Source of the DNA: Candidatus Thorarchaeota archaeon
Lineage (GTDB): Archaea; Asgardarchaeota; Thorarchaeia; Thorarchaeales; Thorarchaeaceae
DNA: 40,783 bases
NCBI GenBank assembly: GCA_048882385.1
Contig: JBHLRQ010000019.1
Span: 1-40,783, forward strand
Direction of reading: 5' to 3'
Part shown: in pieces, positions 1 through 7,164 of the stretch
How positions within the stretch are numbered: position 1 is the stretch's first letter
Layout of the letters: every line of letters begins with the position of its first letter
Made by a program: the position numbers and the translations under genes
The notes under the pieces: generated by a model
What the model was told of the DNA's origin: nothing
The model's input: the letters and a program-made list of their open reading frames with translations, nothing else
The model's database searches: none

Positions 1-245
1 TGAAGCCGGGGACGCCGCTTCGCCTTCCACCACCAACTTTCAAGTGCATCAATCGCATTGTCCAGGAACTCAATCGCATACTGTGTATGTTTATTCAAAC
101 CAGTTTCGAAACCTACCAACTGAGTTCGTTTTCGCATGAATTTTGCTATTGTACCTTGCTTAATGTCCCCTGACTCTGTTGGAATAGGTGCAGGTTTTGC
201 CTTTGGTTGGTCCGGTTTATTTGACTTCTTTTCGGATGGACTCAA
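1..245 (-). CDS. top6B: DNA topoisomerase VI subunit B-like GHKL ATPase, N-terminal part (truncated by window edge)
   Basis: Own translation from TTG at 245 (GGAG upstream): MSPSEKKSNKPDQPKAKPAPIPTESGDIKQGTIAKFMRKRTQLVGFETGLNKHTQYAIEFLDNAIDALESWWW. 'KFMRKRTQLVGF' followed by the 'EFLDNAIDA' N-box resembles the Top6B N-terminus. Confidence 0.7.
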   Translation of the reverse strand, partial: MSPSEKKSNKPDQPKAKPAPIPTESGDIKQGTIAKFMRKRTQLVGFETGLNKHTQYAIEFLDNAIDALESWWWKAKRRPRL

Positions 246-532
246 TGTCGATCGCTCCAATTTTGGTATACCCGAGTTAGTGCGTTAAGACGGGTTCCCC
301 CGTTCTTTCTGCGCTGAATGGATGGATGTATTCTATTTGCATAATATTCTTTTCCGTTACTAACCCTATCAGAAACGCCCCATTCTGTGATTTTGTAGCC
401 TCTGGACTGCTTTTTAGGTTATATTGCACTAATGAAATCATCAACAGAATGATACTTGGAACATATGTTCTAAATAATATCTACGATGAACATCCTTTTT
501 GGCAGGTTCAGCTTCTCATCAAGAGTATCAGA

Positions 533-1273
533 ATGAAACCAGCAAAAATCCAAGCAATAGCAGTTTCTAATCTTCCAATCTTTAATGTAGGTGACGATAT
601 ATCTAGGATAATACTGGACAACTTCGAGCTCAAAGAGGGCGATATTGTCGTTATTACTTCTAAGATCATATCAAAGACCGAAGGCAGATTAGTGAAGGCA
701 TCTGATATTACTGTTTCATCAAGAGCCAAAGAGATTGCTGACAGAAATGGATTTGATCCAAAACATGTTGAACTAGCCCTGAGAGAATCTGTTGATATAG
801 TTAGGGAAGAGGGAGTTCTCATAACAGAAACAAAATCGGGGATTGTTTGTAATTTTAGTGGAGTCGACAGGTCCAATGCACCTCCAGGGGAATATGTTCT
901 ATTGCCAGTCAATCCTGACGAATCAGCAAAGGTAGTCCGAGATGGTTTGATTGAGAAAACGGGTTTGAATGTCGCAGTTATTATTTCCGACACTCATGGA
1001 AGACCATGGAGGAAAGGGTCAATTAATGTGGCAATAGGATGTGCAGGGATTGACGCGTTCAAATATAATCAGGGTAAGAAAGACCTCCGAGGCAGGATTC
1101 TAAAGAGATCGACTATTTGTCAAATTGATGAGATTGCTGCATATGTTGAACCACTTATGGGACAAGCAAATGAGAACAGTCCAGTAATTATTGTAAGAGA
1201 TTATGATTACACAGAGGGAAATGCTAGAGGAAAAGACATTCTGAGGAAGAAAGAGGACGATATGTTTAGGTAA
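533..1273 (+). CDS. cofE: Coenzyme F420-0:L-glutamate ligase
   Basis: Motifs GDIVVITSKIISKTEGR, GVDRSN, LLPVNPDESA, ISDTHGRPWRKG, DEIAA. Start moved from 326 to ATG 533, where homology begins. Confidence 0.9.
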   Translation: MKPAKIQAIAVSNLPIFNVGDDISRIILDNFELKEGDIVVITSKIISKTEGRLVKASDITVSSRAKEIADRNGFDPKHVELALRESVDIVREEGVLITETKSGIVCNFSGVDRSNAPPGEYVLLPVNPDESAKVVRDGLIEKTGLNVAVIISDTHGRPWRKGSINVAIGCAGIDAFKYNQGKKDLRGRILKRSTICQIDEIAAYVEPLMGQANENSPVIIVRDYDYTEGNARGKDILRKKEDDMFR

Positions 1274-1327
1274 TCATGGAAAAAGAGGACGATAGGCTTC
1301 CATCAAGGAAGCCCATTGCAAAGTTAA

Positions 1328-2005
1328 TTATCCTATTGGCTGTCCACAACCTCCGCAGAATCTTGCTCCAGCTGGGTAGCCTTTTCCACAGTTATGGCAA
1401 TAACCTGCTGCAGCGGTTCCAGCACCAGATTGTTGGACTTCAAAAGATTCATGTGCGCCTCTACCTCCGCCACCACCCTCGATAATCCCACCACAGTTAG
1501 GACACGAAGGAACATTTCCTGCAACTGTCCCACAATAGGGACACTTGCCTTGTTCTTGAGCAGAAGTAAGATTGGCAATAACTGATGGAATGACTTTCTT
1601 CTGTTTGAAGTGGAACTGCATATCTCCGCCAGATTTCAATGAAACAATCAATCGATCACCACTTTGTGTTGCCTGACTGATTGCCAAAACAGGTAATGCC
1701 ATACTCTCTGTATTGCCATGCTCATCTTTATTGAAATAAGAATCCCTTGTCCAAGAAGAAATCGCTGTTCCAACAGCTGCATATGTTATTCCTCGAGCCA
1801 AGGAATGTGTCACACTTCGGCCTAATCCGCCCATCTGCCTACCTGCTCCTTCAAGGAGTGCGGCTCCAGCAACTGCACCAGCAATGGCTCCCCACTTCTT
1901 TGCTCCACCCCATTTGCTAGGTTTTTTGTACCATACAAGACGAACATCGGTCACTTCTATTGAACCATCTTCTCCGTCAAATTTGACATCTTTTTCAAGG
2001 ACCAT
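1328..2005 (-). CDS. Zinc-ribbon protein with PH-like region and glycine-rich hydrophobic insert
   Basis: CPYC..CPNC and CHNC..CGGC zinc knuckles; glycine-zipper-like GAIAGAVAGAALL. GAGG precedes ATG 2005. Confidence 0.65.
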   Translation of the reverse strand: MVLEKDVKFDGEDGSIEVTDVRLVWYKKPSKWGGAKKWGAIAGAVAGAALLEGAGRQMGGLGRSVTHSLARGITYAAVGTAISSWTRDSYFNKDEHGNTESMALPVLAISQATQSGDRLIVSLKSGGDMQFHFKQKKVIPSVIANLTSAQEQGKCPYCGTVAGNVPSCPNCGGIIEGGGGGRGAHESFEVQQSGAGTAAAGYCHNCGKGYPAGARFCGGCGQPIG

Positions 2006-2144
2006 TTTCCTCTCGTGCTTCATTGTGTCTAGTCCAGAACCAGAATAGGAAACGGTCAGAAACTGCGGTCTATCACTCAATTGTAAGCACCAATGTTCAA
2101 TCGACGAGAGCAAGTATTAACTTTGTGCTGGCAAACATAACGAA

Positions 2145-2172
2145 AAGAGGCCGCTTAGTTTTGCGGCCTCTT
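2145..2172 (-). terminator. Stem-loop terminator after MFS gene
   Basis: Perfect 10-bp inverted repeat AAGAGGCCGC/GCGGCCTCTT just past the stop at 2180, ending in a U run on the minus strand. Confidence 0.65.
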
Positions 2173-2179
2173 ATCCAAT

Positions 2180-3709
2180 CTATTCTTCTAGATGAATTCC
2201 TTCAGCAATTTCCGCTCCACCTGCTGGAGTTTCAATCTCAGCATCAAGTTCAGACTCTTTTGGAGGAGCTGTGACATCACCAATCGCCAATGTTTCTTCA
2301 TCAAGTGCGGGAGGTTCATGTCTGAATCCATGGATTATGAGGAGGACACCTGTAAAGGATGTGACTCCGCATGCTGCTAGAGTAAGTGGGAAACCAATCA
2401 CCGTGATCAGCCACCCAAACAGAGCGATCTGTGGAATCGCAAATAGTGTTGCAAGGGTCGGGAAAAGGGAGTACATAGAATTCCTAATCCTGTTTGGTAT
2501 AGCATCTATCAACACTCTCTGAGTCAAAATCTCAGCAAAGCCTCCAAAGAAACTAGTTGAAACAAATGTTGTGAAGATTAGCGCTATAGGAACAATATTC
2601 TCTACAGGGAGAGTAAGAAGCGCAATATTCGACAAAGGCCAGTAGAGTGTCAGTAAACTAGTGCTCTCTGCAGCAGGGGGAAATATCAGCATGATAGCAG
2701 CGAACACCCAGAAGAAGATGAAGCCACAGGTTTGCATCAGACGAAATCGGGGTATCCACTTCTTTGGCTCGAATCTACGAGACCATACTCCTGATCGCTC
2801 CTGTGAGAAGATACCAGGAATGAAGAGCAATGTTCTGAAACTCGCAACTCCAACATCTGTGATCAAGTAGAGATAATACATAGGGAACAGAATGAGATTA
2901 CCCCAGACCATGATACTACTAACTGCAAGCATTGTTCCTACTGCGATGTAACGTACAAAGGCATGTTTGAAGAGATAGGTGACTCCGCCTTTTAGAATGG
3001 AAACGTACTCACCCATATCAGGGCGTCCACCTTCCTGCATCCTCTGCTCTTCGACCTCAGGGAAATCACGTACAAGTCTGAAAACTGCCATGGCAAACAC
3101 GAAGGCCAAGATTCCTTGCAATTGAAACACCCAAGGTCTCGAGAATATTACTGCTAAGATACTTCCAGGAATCAAAGAGGCAGTCGACACAATCTGCATG
3201 ATCATACCCATTCTTCCCCAGAAGACTCCATACTGCTTCCTGTCAGTATCTCCTGGCATTGCAACACGATAATTGTTGTCGAACCATGCACCCCAGGCTC
3301 CACTCGCTTGTGATTGAGCAAAGCCCATCAGTGCATATACGCCTACTAGATAGATAAAAGGAGTATCAACGGTGACAAAGGAGATTAGAAGGAATGCCAC
3401 GCCAAACGAAATTTGTGCACCCGCAATTATGTATCGCTGACCAATCCAGTCACCAACCGCACCTGTTGGATAGTCGAGTAGTATTTGAACAACCATCTGT
3501 ACAACGACAAGAGTTCCAACAAGTCCCATTCCTTGGAGATACATTCCAGGACCACCACCAAGAGCCTCTGCAACGAATATCACCCAAAATGTAGTTGATA
3601 ACGTAAAAATGACATTAGCGAGTGGTCCCAAAATCCCCATTATTTTTGCAAGTCTTATGACCTTGTCAGTAGCATCTGGCAAGCCCAGAAAGGATTTCAT
3701 TCTGCTCAT
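2180..3709 (-). CDS. MFS transporter
   Basis: About 12 hydrophobic segments; motif-A-like DYPTGAVGDWIGQR; 'IPNRIRNSMYSL' in the C-terminal half; GAGG upstream. Confidence 0.85.
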   Translation of the reverse strand: MSRMKSFLGLPDATDKVIRLAKIMGILGPLANVIFTLSTTFWVIFVAEALGGGPGMYLQGMGLVGTLVVVQMVVQILLDYPTGAVGDWIGQRYIIAGAQISFGVAFLLISFVTVDTPFIYLVGVYALMGFAQSQASGAWGAWFDNNYRVAMPGDTDRKQYGVFWGRMGMIMQIVSTASLIPGSILAVIFSRPWVFQLQGILAFVFAMAVFRLVRDFPEVEEQRMQEGGRPDMGEYVSILKGGVTYLFKHAFVRYIAVGTMLAVSSIMVWGNLILFPMYYLYLITDVGVASFRTLLFIPGIFSQERSGVWSRRFEPKKWIPRFRLMQTCGFIFFWVFAAIMLIFPPAAESTSLLTLYWPLSNIALLTLPVENIVPIALIFTTFVSTSFFGGFAEILTQRVLIDAIPNRIRNSMYSLFPTLATLFAIPQIALFGWLITVIGFPLTLAACGVTSFTGVLLIIHGFRHEPPALDEETLAIGDVTAPPKESELDAEIETPAGGAEIAEGIHLEE

Positions 3710-3759
3710 TTCAGCTTCCTCATTTTGTTAATAGGTCAATGTTTGTTTCGTAGTAGGAT

Positions 3760-3795
3760 GCAGCGGTCCCCGGATCACACTTCGGGGACCACTGC
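3760..3795 (-). promoter_or_regulatory. GC-rich hairpin between small ORF and MFS gene
   Basis: GCAGUGGUCCCCG pairs with CGGGGACCGCUGC (13 bp, one G-U) on the minus strand. Confidence 0.6.
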
Positions 3796-3844
3796 GGAGA
3801 TAGGAGATTTGTCCGGTTAACTATAATGTGAAAGCATCATTGCT

Positions 3845-3964
3845 CTATCGGGGCAAAGTGTGACCAGCATTGCATAATGCTCCGAAAGATTGAACCCTGA
3901 TCGACCTGTTCTCAACTGTCAAGCAGGGCTTGTCCATTGATTGGGTCGTTAGGATTGTCATCAT
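3845..3964 (-). CDS. Small peptide, array member 4 (39 aa; 38 aa from second ATG)
   Basis: MMTILTTQSMDKPCLTVENRSIRVQSFGALCNAGHTLPR*. GGTGA RBS; LTTQS and ALCNAGHTLPR align with member 1 (LTTNS, ALTYAYKTIIR). Confidence 0.6.
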   Translation of the reverse strand: MMTILTTQSMDKPCLTVENRSIRVQSFGALCNAGHTLPR

Positions 3965-4012
3965 CTTTCACCACGCCATTTTCTTTTATCGCACACTTTT
4001 ATAGTTTGTGTG

Positions 4013-4046
4013 TCAAACCATTATTTATTTATGGTTTGATATAAGC
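4013..4046 (-). promoter_or_regulatory. TATA box with adjacent palindromic operator
   Basis: Minus strand reads CTTATA followed directly by TCAAACCAT-N9-ATGGTTTGA, with perfect 9-bp arms at 4013-4021 and 4031-4039. Confidence 0.6.
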
Positions 4047-4138
4047 ATTTTCCTCACAGCAATATTTTGTTTGTTGTACTTAAATTCCGTAATTTGTTGA
4101 TAATATAAACCAAATTCAGAATGAAGTACTGATTTCAT
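4025..4138 (-). CDS. Possible small ORF (37 aa), not of the peptide family
   Basis: MKSVLHSEFGLYYQQITEFKYNKQNIAVRKMLISNHK*. Has an AGGAG RBS, but is AT-rich and overlaps the promoter. Confidence 0.25.
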   Translation of the reverse strand: MKSVLHSEFGLYYQQITEFKYNKQNIAVRKMLISNHK

Positions 4139-4143
4139 GATGT

Positions 4144-4218
4144 CTATCTCCTAAAGTAAGCATCAGCGATTGCTCGAGTTGAGATCTTTCGATTGTGTTT
4201 TAGGTTAGTAATTGCCAA
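4144..4218 (-). CDS. Small peptide, array member 3 (24 aa)
   Basis: TTG start after AGGAGGT; MAITNLKHNRKISTRAIADAYFRR*. Confidence 0.65.
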   Translation of the reverse strand: MAITNLKHNRKISTRAIADAYFRR

Positions 4219-4223
4219 GCTTC

Positions 4224-4328
4224 TTACCTCCTGTAAGTATAAGCATGAGTTAGAGCACAAGTTCGCAAACCGTTACGAGTGCGATTGTTCTTGATCATCG
4301 ACCAGTTATTATTCCTTGATAGTGCCAT
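4224..4328 (-). CDS. Small peptide, array member 2 (34 aa)
   Basis: MALSRNNNWSMIKNNRTRNGLRTCALTHAYTYRR*. Start context TTGTGAAATATC-ATGGC is shared with member 1. Confidence 0.7.
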   Translation of the reverse strand: MALSRNNNWSMIKNNRTRNGLRTCALTHAYTYRR

Positions 4329-4344
4329 GATATTTCACAACCGT

Positions 4345-4473
4345 CTATAGGTTGGTCACATGATATGCCATTTCTGAGACTATCTGACCACTCTTATGAC
4401 CACTGAGTGACCAGCCATCACAAACCTCTGCCGAAGATGAAATCCAACAGACTAGTTTCTCAGAGTAGCTCAC
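4345..4473 (-). CDS. Possible small ORF (42 aa) between array members 1 and 2
   Basis: AGGTGA then GTG; MSYSEKLVCWISSSAEVCDGWSLSGHKSGQIVSEMAYHVTNL*. Fills the gap almost exactly. Confidence 0.4.
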   Translation of the reverse strand: MSYSEKLVCWISSSAEVCDGWSLSGHKSGQIVSEMAYHVTNL

Positions 4474-4478
4474 ATCAA

Positions 4479-4583
4479 TCACCTTATGATTGTCTTATAC
4501 GCATAGGTCAGAGCCTCTGTGGAAACCTTTGCATTCTTGTAATTCTGGAGAGATTTTCTTTGTGAGTTAGTTGTTAGAGCCAT
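4479..4583 (-). CDS. Small peptide, array member 1 (34 aa)
   Basis: MALTTNSQRKSLQNYKNAKVSTEALTYAYKTIIR*. Context TTGTGAAACATT-ATGGC; TATA-like TATATATA about 35 nt upstream. Confidence 0.7.
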   Translation of the reverse strand: MALTTNSQRKSLQNYKNAKVSTEALTYAYKTIIR

Positions 4584-4615
4584 AATGTTTCACAAGAAAT
4601 ACTGCTCACTTTTAG

Positions 4616-4623
4616 TATATATA
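4616..4623 (-). promoter_or_regulatory. TATA-like box for peptide array
   Basis: TATATATA about 33-40 nt upstream of ATG 4583. Confidence 0.4.
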
Positions 4624-4742
4624 GCGAAGCCACTTGTTAGGGTCACAAAATGAAGTCACATATTGTTACTATTATGTCAACACAGACAAGCATATCAAGG
4701 ACATAGATAGAGCCCTAGATAGCCTCCGGAATGTGATAAAAC

Positions 4743-5369
4743 ATGTCCGATGACAATCAAATTCAACAGCTGATTGATTACTTCTCGTTATTTACAGAAA
4801 AAGAACTCACGAATCAATTTGGAAATAAAGGCACTTCAATGCATAAATTGTTCAAGAGGCAATTCAAAATCCACTACAACAATTACGAACACATGATGCC
4901 GGATGATTTGTCAAAGCGACATGGGATCAACTCGATTTTTGTTATGGCTCTAGATGATGTGATGTGTGAAGTTAGAGCATCATTCACTGAACTCAAGAAT
5001 ACCGTACTGTCAATTTATCGAGCGATGTTGAATGATTATTTCACAATTGAAACTCAGAAACTTAAGCAAAGTCAAAATCCTTGGAAAGAATTTGTGGATT
5101 GGATAAAGAAAAATAACCAAGCGAACTACGCCAATGATTACTTCCAAGTCATTGAAGTCGAGCAGGAGGCGGGTTGCTACGGATTTGACATAAGGAGATG
5201 TCTGTACTTCGACATCCTAAGAGAATCTGGAAAGCCTGAACTTGGACCAATACTTTGTGAATATGACAATATCCTAGCAGATTTCGTAAAGAGTTGGATA
5301 GGATTCACTCGGTACGAAACCATTGCCACTGGGGACAAACGCTGTGATTTTAGATATTGCAAAGCGTAG
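4743..5369 (+). CDS. L-2-amino-thiazoline-4-carboxylic acid hydrolase (ATC hydrolase)-family protein
   Basis: C-terminal signature FDIRRCLY..PELGPILCEYD..TIATGDKRCDFRY. Confidence 0.8.
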   Translation: MSDDNQIQQLIDYFSLFTEKELTNQFGNKGTSMHKLFKRQFKIHYNNYEHMMPDDLSKRHGINSIFVMALDDVMCEVRASFTELKNTVLSIYRAMLNDYFTIETQKLKQSQNPWKEFVDWIKKNNQANYANDYFQVIEVEQEAGCYGFDIRRCLYFDILRESGKPELGPILCEYDNILADFVKSWIGFTRYETIATGDKRCDFRYCKA

Positions 5370-5376
5370 GTAGAAA

Positions 5377-7029
5377 TCAGACTCTTCTTCTTCTCACAAA
5401 TACTGCAATGACCATAATCAGTCCGGCAGAAACAGGTATTAAGACAGCCAAAATCAACGGATCTATTTGAAAGCCTTGCGGGTTTCCAGAGCCGTCCAAA
5501 GTTGTAACATAGACATTCATCTCAGTGGGGTCCATAGTCACTTGAAATCCAGCATCATCCAGAACGCTTCTGGATCTATTCAAGTAGTTATGAAATGATT
5601 CGTCCATTGCGTCCGTACCGTAATACTGCTCACTCAGAGGGGCGTAGTCTGGATCGAGCGAGGAGTACTCTGTATATCCAAGATACTCAGCTGTGGGGAT
5701 AAGAACATTCTTTGATGCCCAATAGTCCAGCGCTACGGGGTCCTGACTTAATCCGACGATATCAGTGAAGCTCGCAGCAGAATAGGTGGTCGATGGTCCT
5801 CTCTGAGAGGAGCTTTCTAAGGGATGTGCATTCACCCAAATCATGTCAAGAATATTGAGAATGGGCATTCGTGTTTCAGCCATCAAAGTTCCCATACCGC
5901 CCAAGGCAATTGAGAAGTGTTCGTGGGGTATATTCCCATCTAGCGCTTCAACTCCTTGGGGGACACCCATGTAGTGTTTTATGCAACCAGTCACGCCATA
6001 ACGGAAATGTGATTTCAATACAGGCATGTTTATGATTTTCAATCTGTCCGAATCAAAACCCGTTGTGTTATCCCATACGCCGTTCTTGAAGCTGACATAA
6101 AGACCTGTATCAGTAACAAATTTCGGATATGATGTATAAATCTCTGTTTCGGAATTCCAACTGCTGCTTCTAACGTATCCTTCAGTGAAATCGCCAAGAT
6201 CATAATCGTCAACAGTATTGTATCTCAATGTATCCCAGAGAATTGTCGATATATCATAGTCTGGAAATTGTCGCGCTACATCCTCCATTGCTTGGCTGTT
6301 ATTGAAAGCGTTTGCATAGTACGGATTCAAGTTACCAAGACCTTGTCCATTGTCCGCAATGATTAACTCCCCAGAGAATCCATCAGGATGGTTGGTTATT
6401 GCCCAGATTATTGCCTTGACGAGATCAGTGTTAGTACCTCCTCTAAAAGCCCATTGACCGTTCACTTTGAGAAGGACAACATCATCGTGTTCTATGAGGC
6501 CACTAGGGTCTGATGTTGTATTGTAGAATTGCAACCCTTCATCCGCCATCATTTCAAGCAAAGCAATGATAGCACTTGTAACATTTCCTTCATCATCTGA
6601 AACTCCTTGTGCAATGAATAGATCAGATGTATGTTCAGTAGCTTGTGCGATACTCCCCTGAAGCTGAAGAGGAACACGATTATAATCGGAGTAATCCTGT
6701 GCAAATACAAAGCCAAGAGCCTGCATTCCTTCACTACTTGTAATGAAAACAGAGCCTACTAAAAGTACTGCTAGGATTCCGACAGGTTTCAAAGGTTTGA
6801 AGGTTAACCGAATTGATGCAAGAGAGGGTATAGACGCTAAGAGTGCGAGTTTGAAGACCTCAATATTGGTCAATGCGGCTTGTTGACACGGATAGTGAAT
6901 ACGCGAGGGTTTCTCACCAGTTCGCAAAAGAATCCAGATTGCACTGCCTATAGCAAGAAGGCCAAGAGTCCAAAGACGTTTACTAGATTTCTTTGAATTA
7001 CAGGATTGTGATTGGCCATCGTGAGGCAT
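5377..7029 (-). CDS. DUF362 domain protein, membrane anchored
   Basis: DVVLLKVN, TNTDLVKAI, IINMPVLKSH..GVTGCIKHYMG, SQDPVALD; N-terminal KPSRIHYPCQQAA; C-terminal TM plus RRRR. GGAG precedes ATG 7029. Confidence 0.8.
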   Translation of the reverse strand: MPHDGQSQSCNSKKSSKRLWTLGLLAIGSAIWILLRTGEKPSRIHYPCQQAALTNIEVFKLALLASIPSLASIRLTFKPLKPVGILAVLLVGSVFITSSEGMQALGFVFAQDYSDYNRVPLQLQGSIAQATEHTSDLFIAQGVSDDEGNVTSAIIALLEMMADEGLQFYNTTSDPSGLIEHDDVVLLKVNGQWAFRGGTNTDLVKAIIWAITNHPDGFSGELIIADNGQGLGNLNPYYANAFNNSQAMEDVARQFPDYDISTILWDTLRYNTVDDYDLGDFTEGYVRSSSWNSETEIYTSYPKFVTDTGLYVSFKNGVWDNTTGFDSDRLKIINMPVLKSHFRYGVTGCIKHYMGVPQGVEALDGNIPHEHFSIALGGMGTLMAETRMPILNILDMIWVNAHPLESSSQRGPSTTYSAASFTDIVGLSQDPVALDYWASKNVLIPTAEYLGYTEYSSLDPDYAPLSEQYYGTDAMDESFHNYLNRSRSVLDDAGFQVTMDPTEMNVYVTTLDGSGNPQGFQIDPLILAVLIPVSAGLIMVIAVFVRRRRV

Positions 7030-7164
7030 ATTCTGCAACTCCAATGGAAAATGAAGATACAGGATGTAAGTAATAATGGTGATGCTCTCAGCATTAGTTT
7101 GGATAGTCAAACATATTTGGTAGAAGTCATGAGCCCAACCTAGGTTCTTTCACAAAACGGAAGG

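Noticed and set aside
326-532. N-terminal extension of the cofE ORF
   Set aside because: AT-rich divergent promoter region; homology begins at ATG 533.
4144-4583. Peptide array read as a CRISPR or DGR variable repeat (one codon varies as TAT/CAT/GAT/AAT)
   Set aside because: No identical nucleotide repeats, and no cas or reverse transcriptase gene. Divergence is mostly synonymous rather than adenine-specific.
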